Shown here piece after piece: positions 38,367-48,388 of a stretch of 64,000 nt of DNA (positions within the stretch are counted from its first letter, which is position 1; the number at the start of each line of letters is the position of its first letter). Source of the stretch: Candidatus Thorarchaeota archaeon (GTDB taxonomy: Archaea > Asgardarchaeota > Thorarchaeia > Thorarchaeales > Thorarchaeaceae); the NCBI GenBank assembly GCA_019057475.1, contig DXJO01000006.1, positions 68,984 through 132,983 on the forward strand. The letters run 5' to 3'. Below the pieces are notes generated by a model. That model was not told the origin of the DNA. It searched no databases and saw only the letters and a program-made list of their open reading frames with translations. A program made the translations under genes and the position numbers.

Positions 38367-39632
38367 CTACTGCAAATATCCCAGTCCTTCAATTATTATG
38401 TCGATGGCCTTATCGATGTTTTCGTAGGTCTGAGCAAAGGATACTCGAAGAAAGCTTTCTCCTCCCGGCCCGAACCAAGCTCCTGAAACTGTCAGAACCT
38501 TAGTCGCAACAATGAGATAGAACATTGTGACCAATGAACCCGACCTGTTTAGGTCTTCAATACTGAACAAGTGCTGAGGAAGAGATTCCAAGAAAGCTCT
38601 TCCTTTGGTTTTCAGAAATGCCTTCATATCATCGTGATGTTTCTCTATCAATTCTCTTGCGTTGACAAACATGTAAAAGGTGCCTTGGGGACTTATAGTA
38701 CTAAGAAGAGGGATTTCTTTGTTAATCCTGTTTACAAGAAGCTTCCTTCGTCTGTCATATTCCGCCAACATTGTCTTGACTGGTTCATCAGGTCCGGTGA
38801 GCGCAGCGAGTGCCGCTGCCTGCGAAGTTGTGGGCGCACAGATTGAGCTGTACTGATGGATCTTGCTGAACCCTGTGATGATTTCTTTCGGTGCTATGAG
38901 CCAGCCGAGCCTAAAGCCTGTCATTGCATGACTCTTCGAAAGGCCATTGATTGTGATAGTGCGCTCAAACATGCCGTTAATCGCTGCAGGGCTATGGACC
39001 CTTGCTCCATCATATACCAGCTGCTCGTACAGTTCATCCGACAGGATAAGAAAGTCATGATCAGTGGCAAGGTCCGCCACCGCTGAAACTTTGTTCCTGT
39101 CCCATACTGCTCCGGTGGGATTGGTTGGTGAGCATACTATAATCATCTTAGTCTTTGGCGTGATTGCTTCTGCAAGTTTTTCCAGTGCGGGTACAAACTG
39201 GTCCTCTTCAGTAGCAGGAACAAAAACGGGTTTGCCTCCTGCAATTCGCACAATCGATTCATATGCGAAATATGAAGGGCTGGGAATAATTACTTCATCG
39301 CCTTCGCCCACGGTGGCAAGGATTGCGCCAAACACGCCGGGGCTAGTGCCCGCTGTGACGATGACTTCACTTTCGGGGTCAACCGTGAAACCGTTGTCGC
39401 GCTTTGTTTTATCAGCAATCGCTTTCCTTAGTTCTAATGTCCCAGCGTCTGGCGAGTAATGGGTGTTTCCTGACTGTAGAGACCTCATTGCCGCTTCTAT
39501 GATATGCTTCGGTGTGTTGAAGTTTGGTTCTCCAATGCCCAGATTCAGCAGTTTGTGATGCTCACCGATATGAAGCAGTAGGCCGATTCTACCAGGGGGC
39601 AGTGTTTCCAGATTCTGCGTTATCTTACCCAA
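38367..39632 (-). CDS. PLP-dependent aminotransferase, class I (aspartate/aromatic-like)
   Basis: It has NGLSKSHAMTGFRLGW and the GEP...N.P conserved N-terminal motif. The start may be internal. Confidence 0.75.
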   Translation of the reverse strand: MGKITQNLETLPPGRIGLLLHIGEHHKLLNLGIGEPNFNTPKHIIEAAMRSLQSGNTHYSPDAGTLELRKAIADKTKRDNGFTVDPESEVIVTAGTSPGVFGAILATVGEGDEVIIPSPSYFAYESIVRIAGGKPVFVPATEEDQFVPALEKLAEAITPKTKMIIVCSPTNPTGAVWDRNKVSAVADLATDHDFLILSDELYEQLVYDGARVHSPAAINGMFERTITINGLSKSHAMTGFRLGWLIAPKEIITGFSKIHQYSSICAPTTSQAAALAALTGPDEPVKTMLAEYDRRRKLLVNRINKEIPLLSTISPQGTFYMFVNARELIEKHHDDMKAFLKTKGRAFLESLPQHLFSIEDLNRSGSLVTMFYLIVATKVLTVSGAWFGPGGESFLRVSFAQTYENIDKAIDIIIEGLGYLQ

Positions 39633-39651
39633 TTCTATTCACCCACTTTAA

Positions 39652-40374
39652 TCATAGTCCCAAGAGATTGGCCACAAACTCAGGAAAATCGAGCATTTTA
39701 AGGTCACTGCCAGCATGCTCTACCCTTTCTCTCAGATTGAACGTGCAGAATGGACAAGCTGTGGTCAATATCGTCGCCTCGGTTTCCTCAGCCTCTTGTA
39801 TTCGAATCGCTGCCGCTTCGCGTGCCATCTCACGGTTCGTTGAGCGTACACCACCCCCAGCACCGCAACAGGAAGCATTTTTCCCGCTCTTGTGCATCTC
39901 CCTCAGTTCAACATTCGGGATTGCCTGCATGACTTCTCGCGGGTCGTCGTAGATGCCCATATGTCTTCCAACGTGGCAGGGGTCATGATATGTAACTGTG
40001 ATTGGTTCACCTTTGAGGAATTCAATTCTGCCATCTTCAATGAGTTCTTTGAGCAGAGTTGGAAAATGGATGACCTCAAACGGGAGCTCTTCTCCTAGGA
40101 TTGATGGATAATCAACTGAAATCGTTCTGAAGCAACCTGCGCAAGCTGTGACCACTCCAGTTGCTCCTGCGGCTTTTAGTACGTCCACATTGTGCCGAGC
40201 CATGTACTTGGCTTCATCAACGTAACCTGTTCTAAGGGCAACGCTACCGCAGCACCATTCATCTTCTCCAAGAATCTTGAAGTCTACGTTTGCATGTTTG
40301 AGAACCTTGATTGTTGATTCAGCTATGTTTGGAAGACGATATGTTGCCATACATCCAGCGAAATACACTAGCAT
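39652..40374 (-). CDS. CCG-domain (cysteine-rich, HdrB/GlpC-like) Fe-S subunit
   Basis: It has two CCG-type Cys clusters (CAGCF..., CCGAGGG). Confidence 0.65.
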   Translation of the reverse strand: MLVYFAGCMATYRLPNIAESTIKVLKHANVDFKILGEDEWCCGSVALRTGYVDEAKYMARHNVDVLKAAGATGVVTACAGCFRTISVDYPSILGEELPFEVIHFPTLLKELIEDGRIEFLKGEPITVTYHDPCHVGRHMGIYDDPREVMQAIPNVELREMHKSGKNASCCGAGGGVRSTNREMAREAAAIRIQEAEETEATILTTACPFCTFNLRERVEHAGSDLKMLDFPEFVANLLGL

Positions 40375-40376
40375 AA

Positions 40377-40769
40377 CTATGCCTCCGCAAGTTCCTTCAA
40401 CCTGTTTCTGGCCTTTGGATCTTCACCAAAAGGGTTGTGTGTTTTCTGCATATTCTTGACTAACTGAGCAGATACTTCGTTACCAAGGCCCCTCTTCACG
40501 AGCTCAGCGCGCGCAGCTTCGACAACTGCTGGGATGTCAAGACCGGATAGGCAAGTTGCCTGGCAATTCTTACAGGTTGTGCATTCATACATCCTCTCAG
40601 CAACTTCATCCCAGTTCAGCCATCCTTCCAGCAAAGCAAACAGAATTGTCATCTTGCCTTTCGCACTGTTTGATTCCAAGTTTGTCTGCTTGTAAATGGG
40701 GCAATTGGATTGGCATAGCCCGCAACTGACGCATTCCATGATAATATGTAGGTGTTCCTTCAATGGCAT
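40377..40769 (-). CDS. 4Fe-4S dicluster ferredoxin-domain subunit (HdrC/GlcF N-terminal-like)
   Basis: It has CxxCxxCxxxCP x2 motifs (CVSCGLCQSNCP; CTTCKNCQATC). Confidence 0.65.
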   Translation of the reverse strand: MPLKEHLHIIMECVSCGLCQSNCPIYKQTNLESNSAKGKMTILFALLEGWLNWDEVAERMYECTTCKNCQATCLSGLDIPAVVEAARAELVKRGLGNEVSAQLVKNMQKTHNPFGEDPKARNRLKELAEA

Positions 40770-40775
40770 TGCTTT

Positions 40776-42233
40776 CTACTCCGCCATCTCTTCATCAGTC
40801 ACGTATTCCTTGTAGATGAACCCAACATCCGAATCACGTTCCTCAGTGTCCAGCGCCATCTTGCCTGGATTAAGAATTCCATTGGGGTCTAGCAATTTCT
40901 TGATTCTTCTATCGAGCTCGAGTTTGTCTTGGCCAATAGCCATCCGAACATAGGGATTCTTGACATAGCCGAATCCGTGCTCCGCTGTAACCACGCCGCC
41001 TATGCCCACGACATATTCTAGAATTTCCTGTTCGGCCTTCTTCATCGCGACCCAATGTTCTCTATTCCTTGCATCAATTAGGACTGCAGGATGAATTATC
41101 CCAATTCCCGCATGGCAGAAGACGGCGGCAATGATGCCATGAGACCGGATTATCCGACCGATCTCCCTGATCGCTTCAGCTTGTTTAGACAGTGGAACAC
41201 AAGGATCTGCCGCGGCAAAACCGAACTCTCTGTATCCGGGATGCACCTTCACTATTGCTGTGTCTATCTCCAATCTTGGAGCCCAGAGTTTGTTGGTTGT
41301 TTCTTCATCCCGTGCTATGACGACATTCTCGCCGCCATGCTCCTTGAGGATTCTCTCCATCACCATCAGCTTGCGCTGAAGATTCTCTTCATCGAAGCCT
41401 TGGACATCTCCAACGAAGTTGCCCTCACAAGTTGGGAATCCGAGATTCATGACATCACTGATTGTTTTCACGGTTTTGCCATCGGTCGCCTCAAAGGTTC
41501 CCGCATCAATTCCCGACATAGTGATCGCCAAAGAAGCATTCATCAGCCCATCAAGATTCTGGAAGAAGGCACCGATGGTTGCCTCAACTGGCATTCTAGG
41601 TACAAGTTTCAGGGTTGCTTCGGTGATTATTCCCAGGGTACCCTCAGACCCAGCGAAGAGTGCAGCTAGGTTGTATCCCATGTTGTAGCGAGGTGCTCTT
41701 GTTCCCAGTCTAAGGATTGTCCCATCAACCAAAACTACTTCCATACCTTGAATCCAAGCTCCAACTCGACCATGCTTGTAGGCATGGTGACCGTTTGAGT
41801 CCGAGGCGAGGATTCCACCGATGGTCGCGGCGTTATGACTTCCGACGTCATGAGGAAAGGTCAGTCCTCTTCTCTCCAGCTCGTGTTCGAATGTTTCGTA
41901 TCTGACTCCAGGCTGAACAATGGCAATCATGTCTTCGTTGCTAATCTCAAGGATCTTGTTCATGCGACTCAGGTCGAGAAGTATTCCTCCTCTAACGGCA
42001 AGCGACGACCCCTGAAATGATGCACCGCCGCCTCGGGGCGTGACTGGTACTCCCTTTTCATTGAGCAGAATAAGTATCTCCACGACTTGCTCAGTAGTTG
42101 TTGGATAGACCACCGCATCGGGAATTGAGAAATACGGTGTGAGGTCCCGAGAATAAGCAACTCGATCGACCTTGGCCGTTATAACATTATTTTCGCCAAC
42201 GATTTGCCTAAGCTGTTCAATTGTATCTGACAC
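40776..42233 (-). CDS. FAD-linked oxidase (GlcD/D-lactate-dehydrogenase-like)
   Basis: It has a PCMH-type FAD-binding domain plus a C-terminal FAD-oxidase_C domain, and forms an operon with the two Fe-S subunits. Confidence 0.75.
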   Translation of the reverse strand: MSDTIEQLRQIVGENNVITAKVDRVAYSRDLTPYFSIPDAVVYPTTTEQVVEILILLNEKGVPVTPRGGGASFQGSSLAVRGGILLDLSRMNKILEISNEDMIAIVQPGVRYETFEHELERRGLTFPHDVGSHNAATIGGILASDSNGHHAYKHGRVGAWIQGMEVVLVDGTILRLGTRAPRYNMGYNLAALFAGSEGTLGIITEATLKLVPRMPVEATIGAFFQNLDGLMNASLAITMSGIDAGTFEATDGKTVKTISDVMNLGFPTCEGNFVGDVQGFDEENLQRKLMVMERILKEHGGENVVIARDEETTNKLWAPRLEIDTAIVKVHPGYREFGFAAADPCVPLSKQAEAIREIGRIIRSHGIIAAVFCHAGIGIIHPAVLIDARNREHWVAMKKAEQEILEYVVGIGGVVTAEHGFGYVKNPYVRMAIGQDKLELDRRIKKLLDPNGILNPGKMALDTEERDSDVGFIYKEYVTDEEMAE

Positions 42234-42249
42234 GTTTGGGGCACCTTCT

Positions 42250-43344
42250 CTACCGTTTGACTCTCTTTTTCTTCTTCGTAATCCTACGGATAAGCTTGTA
42301 GATGATAAAGAGAATTAGCAAGAGTCCAACAATAGCGCCATAACCAAGCAGTAAATTCTGGTTCAAGAACCCTCCAGTCCAGTCCAAAACCGGCAGACCC
42401 AACAAGAACTGGTTGAGATCCTGTAGAATAACGTCTAGACCGATTGTGACGAGGAAGCTACTCACAATGGTCAGCATCGTCGATACGATAATCGAGAGAG
42501 ATACCCAAGTGATTGATGTGGGCTCAAAGTACATCAAATACATCATAAAGCTGAAGAACCCAACAACAATAATTGTGCCCACGTAGTCTCTCGCCTTGAA
42601 CGAGAGATCCTCGACATTGGTCCGGTCTTCACGAGCTCCAAATGCTCTTGCATTGATGGCCACCTCAAGGTCCATTGCGCGGCGAAACATCAGAAGAAGG
42701 AGTGGCGTTATGATGGGGACGTACGCTCTCCTGAGCTTCTGATACATGTTGGCAGCATCAATGTCAAACCCCCTGATTTTTTGAGCCTCTATGATAGCGT
42801 CCATGCTTTCCTGAACCAGAGGGACAAACCTCATAGCTGTGATGAACATGAAAATAATTTTCTGAGGAACGCGTATCTTCGCAAGTGCACCGCTAATCTT
42901 GGTCATTGGGGAAGTCATTGTGAAGATGGGTACGACAGTGACTACAGCAATGACCCGGAGCATAACAAGCAGACCATACATTATTCCGCCGATTGTTATC
43001 TCACCATAATTGACCATAACATTTCCATGCTCGTCGGGCCAGGGCAAATCAAACAGCTGCAGGATTACTGTGCTATCGCCAAACCTGTAGGTTAGTCCTT
43101 GCACCAAGAACAGAAACACGAAGAGCATACTCAACAGCTTTAGCAGGAACCCCAGGCTGCTAAGCTCGATTTTTCCAACAAGCCACCATAGAGAGGCGAA
43201 CGATATCCAAATTAGGAGTATGCTGATATGCTCGATGCTCGTGCATTGGACAACTAAGATGAGCGCCAAAAACATAAGGAGCAGCTTCACAAGAGGACTC
43301 ATTCTATCCAGAGGTGTGTCCTTTTTGACGTACTCGAACGCCAT
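42250..43344 (-). CDS. ecfT: ECF transporter transmembrane (T) component
   Basis: It has CbiQ-like topology and two coupling-helix xRG motifs (AQKIRGF and AINARAFGA). It is adjacent to a fused EcfAA'. Confidence 0.7.
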   Translation of the reverse strand: MAFEYVKKDTPLDRMSPLVKLLLMFLALILVVQCTSIEHISILLIWISFASLWWLVGKIELSSLGFLLKLLSMLFVFLFLVQGLTYRFGDSTVILQLFDLPWPDEHGNVMVNYGEITIGGIMYGLLVMLRVIAVVTVVPIFTMTSPMTKISGALAKIRVPQKIIFMFITAMRFVPLVQESMDAIIEAQKIRGFDIDAANMYQKLRRAYVPIITPLLLLMFRRAMDLEVAINARAFGAREDRTNVEDLSFKARDYVGTIIVVGFFSFMMYLMYFEPTSITWVSLSIIVSTMLTIVSSFLVTIGLDVILQDLNQFLLGLPVLDWTGGFLNQNLLLGYGAIVGLLLILFIIYKLIRRITKKKKRVKR

Positions 43345-43346
43345 GC

Positions 43347-45128
43347 CTAGGCACCTCCTGCCTTGAAACAGGCAAGCATTTCATCGACAGTCACCAAGTT
43401 CTTTTCTATGCCGTAGCCTTCAAGCTTCTGAGAGAGCTGTATGATTTGAGGAGGCTTTAGAAATGCCTTATCCATGACCTCATGCATACTGAAGACTTCA
43501 CGCTTTGGACCATCAGCGATAATTATCCCCTCGACCATAACAACGAGCCGATCTGCATACTGAGCAACAAGGTCCATATCGTGCGAGATCATGACGATTG
43601 TCTTTCCCTTCTCTCGCATGCGTGTGGCAATTTGACACAGTGCGTGACGCCCTTGGTAATCCTGTGCAGTAGTTGGTTCATCCAGAATCAAGATATCAGG
43701 ATCCATTGCAATCCCAGCTGCAGCTGCTACCTTCCGGCGGTCGCCAAAGCTCAATCTGAATGGAAAGATGTCCCGCATATCCTCCAGACCCGCTTCTTTC
43801 AAACTCTCTTCCACTCGCCGGGCTATTTCGTCCTCAGGGAGGCCCAAATTCCTCAAACCGAACTCGAGCTCCTTCTCTACACTTATGCAAAAGAGCTGGT
43901 AGTCAGGATTCTGCAATATCAATGCAATGCTCTTTGCAATGCTGCCCGTGGTTAATTCCGATACATCTTCACCCTCGACCTTTGTCACTCCTTCGGTGGC
44001 CTCTAGAAGTCCCAGAAAATGTTTTACCAGGGTTGTTTTGCCGCTCCCATTCTGGCCAACAATCGCCACAATCTCACCTCGCTTGATTTTGAGATTAATA
44101 CCCCTGAGGGCAGTTACTGGTATTCTTGCCGGATATACGAAAGTAACATTCTCAACTTCAAGCACAGTTTCGTCAGACATCGGTGGCGCAGGAAGCGGTT
44201 CCGTCCATTCCACTTGGAAAAATCCTTCGTCCAATAGTTCCTTGAGCATAGAGTAGGACTCGTCCAGGGTCAGCGGTAAGCCCCCGATCCGCTCTAATCT
44301 CTCTTGGAACCCTGGAATTTTCTTGGCCATCTTGGCGGCGAGTACGGTTACCGCAGGCGGGTTTACACCAACACTATCTAACAGCTCAGTCTGTGCAAAG
44401 ACATCCTTTGGGGTACCTAAGGCCATGACACGACCATCACTTAGAACTAGAACTTTTGACGCCAGTCTGGCAATCTCGTCTGTCTTATGACTGGTGATGA
44501 GAATCGTCATGTCTTCTGTGTTTGCCAGCTGCTTTATGACATCGAATACCTCAGTTGTGCCGATTGGGTCCAGCTGGCTTGTTGGCTCATCTAGAATTAA
44601 GACCTCCGGGAGCATCGTAAGTCCCGCAGCTAATGCAACTCGCTGTTTCTGGCCGCCACTCAACTCTTTGGGCTTTCGTTCTTCAAGGCCGTCAATACCA
44701 CAGACTTTGGCCGCCCAAGCTGCACGCCGAAGTATCTCATCCCGTTCGACTGCAAGATTCGCCGGACCAAAGAATAACTCTGAAGCAACATTCGTAGTTG
44801 TGAACTGAGACTCTGGATCTTGGAGAACCATCGATACTTTGCTTGCGAGCTGAATAATGGGTGTTTCCCACGGATCCAGACCACAAAGGCTGATCGACCC
44901 CTTTTCGACTCCGGTGTAGACCGTGGGAATTATCCCATTCAGATGGAAACATAGTGTTGTTTTCCCCGCACCATTCGCTCCGAGAATTCCAAGTATCTCG
45001 CCCTTCTTGACTTCGAAACTAACTTCATGCAAAGCAAGAGGACCACGCTCATAGGTGAAAGTGACATTATTCACTTTTGCTGTCGAGTATTCAGTCATTA
45101 TCGCAGGCTCCACCAGATAATCGCGCAT
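43347..45128 (-). CDS. ECF transporter ATPase, fused tandem EcfA-EcfA' (two NBDs)
   Basis: It has two Walker A motifs (GANGAGKTT; GQNGSGKTT), two Walker B motifs, a first signature LSGGQKQR and a degenerate second signature LSFGDRRK. Confidence 0.85.
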   Translation of the reverse strand: MRDYLVEPAIMTEYSTAKVNNVTFTYERGPLALHEVSFEVKKGEILGILGANGAGKTTLCFHLNGIIPTVYTGVEKGSISLCGLDPWETPIIQLASKVSMVLQDPESQFTTTNVASELFFGPANLAVERDEILRRAAWAAKVCGIDGLEERKPKELSGGQKQRVALAAGLTMLPEVLILDEPTSQLDPIGTTEVFDVIKQLANTEDMTILITSHKTDEIARLASKVLVLSDGRVMALGTPKDVFAQTELLDSVGVNPPAVTVLAAKMAKKIPGFQERLERIGGLPLTLDESYSMLKELLDEGFFQVEWTEPLPAPPMSDETVLEVENVTFVYPARIPVTALRGINLKIKRGEIVAIVGQNGSGKTTLVKHFLGLLEATEGVTKVEGEDVSELTTGSIAKSIALILQNPDYQLFCISVEKELEFGLRNLGLPEDEIARRVEESLKEAGLEDMRDIFPFRLSFGDRRKVAAAAGIAMDPDILILDEPTTAQDYQGRHALCQIATRMREKGKTIVMISHDMDLVAQYADRLVVMVEGIIIADGPKREVFSMHEVMDKAFLKPPQIIQLSQKLEGYGIEKNLVTVDEMLACFKAGGA

Positions 45129-45310
45129 TCCTTCTATAAGATATATCTCTTCCTTTGCAAATGTCTGTCAAAGGCAATCAGTCACTCTATTCGACTTACC
45201 AACGATGTATGCAAATCAGGAGCATGAAGTTGGCTTATGACCTCAGCTGATAAGGGCAAGAAAAGAAAATATGGCACTGGCCAGAAAAGGCCAGTGCTCG
45301 TTGTTTCGCA

Positions 45311-46144
45311 TCACCAAATGGCATCTGGAATACGGGGCAAGCCGCTTCTCTTAAGCGCCTCTACAATCGGTATTGCGATGATGGTCGTAAGGATGGCTAG
45401 CACAGGCCACCACACAGTGTAGCCTATGTTCGTCCCGGTCGCAAGTGCCATTGGATATGTAAAGATGTACCAGTACGGCGCTGCCCACCAGTAATAGAAC
45501 GCCATGAAACCCATTAGAAACACGAGGAAGACGCCAAGATACTGCATTTTGGGATCATCCCCTCGGCACCATTCTGGAATCAGTTTCCTACCTATTGGCG
45601 TAAGCGTTATGATTAGCCACGGAAGCCAGAAGACAGGTGTTGTCGCAAAAAACGTAAGAGTCGCAGGTTCCCCAGGTATTGTGGGCCAGACATATGGGAA
45701 GACAATGAACATCACTCCCGTGATAACTAGGGCGACAACTGTCAATATCCAAGCAATGATCTTGTTTGTGTTGACAAACAAAGCGGTAAACACCGCAGGC
45801 ATTATTCCTGTGAGCAGCACATCCAAAAGGCCTAATGGGAACATGGCAGGACTCACGAACATGCCAATAATCCCTCCGATAATTGCGGCTATTATCCCGC
45901 CAATCGGGCCAAGTATAAGCGGACCGATGGCAGTGAACACAACTGATAGAGGTACAAAACCTCCACCTCCGAAGTATGGGAATATCGGGACCAGGGCAAG
46001 TGCGCCGTTTATCGCACCGTAGACTGCAATAAAGGCAATATTGGCTCCTCCGTATCCCATCGGGGCTCTCTCTCTCGTTCGTTCTTCTGTCACGCGAATT
46101 TCCTCCCAGTAGGTTATTAGCCTACTAGTAAAAACGATACTCAT
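45311..46144 (-). CDS. membrane protein, probable ECF substrate-capture (S) component
   Basis: It is a Gly-rich multi-TM protein immediately upstream of EcfAA'-T in the same orientation. Its family cannot be assigned from sequence alone. Confidence 0.4.
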   Translation of the reverse strand: MSIVFTSRLITYWEEIRVTEERTRERAPMGYGGANIAFIAVYGAINGALALVPIFPYFGGGGFVPLSVVFTAIGPLILGPIGGIIAAIIGGIIGMFVSPAMFPLGLLDVLLTGIMPAVFTALFVNTNKIIAWILTVVALVITGVMFIVFPYVWPTIPGEPATLTFFATTPVFWLPWLIITLTPIGRKLIPEWCRGDDPKMQYLGVFLVFLMGFMAFYYWWAAPYWYIFTYPMALATGTNIGYTVWWPVLAILTTIIAIPIVEALKRSGLPRIPDAIW

Positions 46145-46454
46145 AAAGCTGAACCGACTTATATCAGTTGGCTAATCGCGAGCCAATAATACAGCAGCAT
46201 TGTTCAGTTACGAATAGAAGCATTCTGCTTAACTGACGCTCGTTTTCTGGCTAGTTCACGGCATACAGACAGGTTGAGCTAGCGAATGGTCATTAAGGTC
46301 CTATTGGCATTCAAAGCTGCGTTTTCAACCATTGTTTTGCAGTGTGCCCCATTCTTTCTAATTTATGACAGGAAAAGGGCCTCAGGTTCGAAAAGCACGA
46401 CTCGGAATGTTCAAATCGTGGAATCGATGAAGTAGTTCCCATTGTTACCTACGA

Positions 46455-46460
46455 TTTAAT
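46455..46460 (+). promoter_or_regulatory. TATA-like element (TTTAAT) ~30 nt upstream of the corrinoid-protein ATG, implying a short-leader or leaderless transcript
   Basis: An AT-rich hexamer sits at the expected archaeal TATA distance, in the divergent intergenic region between the S component and the corrinoid protein. Confidence 0.25.
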
Positions 46461-46487
46461 GCGGCCATTCTCCTATGGTGAAACAAT

Positions 46488-47138
46488 ATGGGAACCAAAA
46501 AAATCCTTGAGATTCTCAAGCAAACCATTATTGATGGAAACCGAAAGGCCACTCCTGCGCTCGCGCAGAAGGCAATTGATATGGAAGTCCCCCCCTATAC
46601 CATTGTGACAGATGCATGCTCACCGGCAATGGCTGAGGTTGGAGAGCTCTATCAGCAAGGTGAGTACTTCGTCCCTGAGATTCTAATGTCAGCCAAGGCA
46701 TTTGAGTCTGCAATGGCCATTATTGAACCACTTCTCAAGAGCAAGAAGTTGGAGCTCGCTGGCACCGTAGTCCTTGGAGTCTGCGAGGGTGACATACACT
46801 CAATCGGAAAGAACTTGGTTGCCACCATGTTGGAGGCGGGCGGGTTCAACGTCATCGACTTGGGTACAGATGTACCCGCGAAGAAGTTCATCGCAACCGC
46901 CATCAAGAGCAACGCTGACATTATTGGGGTTTCTGCTCTGATGACCACATCGATGATTGGTATGAAAGACATCGTACATATGGTGAAAGAAGAAGGACTG
47001 GGCGTGAAAGTCATGGTGGGTGGAGGACCAGTCAACCAAGAGTACGCAGATTCGATTGGGGCAAATGCATACGGTCGGGATGCGATGGATGCCGTAAGAG
47101 TGGCGAGGAATCTCATGGAAGACATAAGGGGGTCGTAA
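46488..47138 (+). CDS. cobalamin-binding corrinoid protein (MtaC/MtbC/MttC-like)
   Basis: It has the B12-binding DxHxxG motif (EGDIHSIGKN), Rossmann-like GVSALMTTS and MVGGG motifs, and an N-terminal helical cap. It is 216 aa. Confidence 0.85.
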   Translation: MGTKKILEILKQTIIDGNRKATPALAQKAIDMEVPPYTIVTDACSPAMAEVGELYQQGEYFVPEILMSAKAFESAMAIIEPLLKSKKLELAGTVVLGVCEGDIHSIGKNLVATMLEAGGFNVIDLGTDVPAKKFIATAIKSNADIIGVSALMTTSMIGMKDIVHMVKEEGLGVKVMVGGGPVNQEYADSIGANAYGRDAMDAVRVARNLMEDIRGS

Positions 47139-47142
47139 GTCT

Positions 47143-48162
47143 ATGCAATCTGGCAAGGAACTCATTGACACTGCTTTGTATGGCGGCATTCCCGAGAGGA
47201 TTCCAGTATCCATAGTATCAACAGCTTGGATCTTCAATAACTACGGCCAGGACTTGGCATTGGTTGATCGCGACGGAGAGCAGATGGCAAAATCCTGGCT
47301 CGCGTTCAATAGGGACTTCGGAGCGGACTCCGTGTGCCCAATGCTTAGCCCTATGCTTATCCCCGAATATTATGGATCTGAACTGAGAATACCGCAAGGC
47401 GGTTTTCCGCTTCTCGTCAAGCCGGCAATTCAGGAGCCAGCGGATCTTGACAAACTTGAAGCGTTTGATCCAGCTGGAGCGCCTCGAGTTGCGGCCGCTG
47501 TCGATTGTGTGAAAAGACTAGTCAAGGAGATAGGTTCGACCACATTCATCTGGTTGGTGTGCATAGGGCCCATTTCAACCCTCTCCCGCCTAATGGACAC
47601 TCAGCTAATCATGGAGTGTCTTGTGGAGGACCCCGGGTTTATTGAGCGTGCTTTCGAGTTCAGCGTTGAGGTTTTCAAAACAACAATGGAGCCTCTCATT
47701 GAAAGCGGCGTAGATGCAATTGATTTTTCTGACCCCGTCGCGTCTCCTGATATGGTTTCGCCACGAATGTACAAACGATTCTTCTGGAAACATGACAGAG
47801 AGGTCGCGAAATGGATTCAATCCAAAGGTGTTCATGCCATCTACCACATCTGTGGAGATGTACTTAGAATAATCGAGGAGATGCAAAACACAACAGCAAG
47901 GGGGTTGAGTGTTGACGCGCCATTAGACCTTGCACAGGCAAGAGATAGGGTTCCTGACGCAACACTGATTGGAAATGTGGACCCAGCTAACATCATCATG
48001 AATGGCACACCCGCTACAGTGACAGCCGCTTGCGAGGCGGCAATGATACAGGGTGGATCTAATGGTAGGTTCATCTTGGCTCCAGGCTGCGATGTGCCGC
48101 CAACATCTCCATCTCGGAATATCGATGCGATGATTCGTGCAGCCAGGCAATTCAGACACTAA
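47143..48162 (+). CDS. URO-D-family methylcobamide methyltransferase (MtaA/MtbA-like)
   Basis: It has the URO-D fold and a zinc-ligand pattern HICGD...PGCD. It lies immediately downstream of the corrinoid protein, with a 4-nt gap. Confidence 0.75.
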   Translation: MQSGKELIDTALYGGIPERIPVSIVSTAWIFNNYGQDLALVDRDGEQMAKSWLAFNRDFGADSVCPMLSPMLIPEYYGSELRIPQGGFPLLVKPAIQEPADLDKLEAFDPAGAPRVAAAVDCVKRLVKEIGSTTFIWLVCIGPISTLSRLMDTQLIMECLVEDPGFIERAFEFSVEVFKTTMEPLIESGVDAIDFSDPVASPDMVSPRMYKRFFWKHDREVAKWIQSKGVHAIYHICGDVLRIIEEMQNTTARGLSVDAPLDLAQARDRVPDATLIGNVDPANIIMNGTPATVTAACEAAMIQGGSNGRFILAPGCDVPPTSPSRNIDAMIRAARQFRH

Positions 48163-48388
48163 TCCAATCCAGTTTCAGTGTTTGAATGGGTTCTTGGACC
48201 GATGCATCACTTCTAGCATTCGCTAGTAGTTGTATGTGATTGATTATGTGCCATTGTCGTCCCTACGTCACCTAATCTCTCCTCTTGCACAATCAAAGAT
48301 AACAGCCAGGATTGAAGTCGATGCCGCTATTACGATCGCCATAATTGCACGCAGCATACTGAAGCTCCAGCCTAGTTTTCCGGCTGTT

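Noticed and set aside
37183-39632. Tandem class-I aminotransferases as a candidate novel system
   Set aside because: Both have ordinary PLP-lysine motifs. Tandem aminotransferase paralogs are common and nothing unusual was seen.
39064-39952. Plus-strand ORFs of 131 and 142 aa antisense to the aminotransferase and CCG-domain genes
   Set aside because: Their products are low-complexity, and the opposite-strand genes have strong family motifs.
41091-41669. 192-aa plus-strand ORF inside the FAD-oxidase gene
   Set aside because: It is antisense to the conserved GlcD-like gene and has no motifs.
45504-46022. 172-aa plus-strand ORF antisense to the putative S component
   Set aside because: It is a Pro/Gly/Ile-rich mirror image of a Gly-rich membrane gene.
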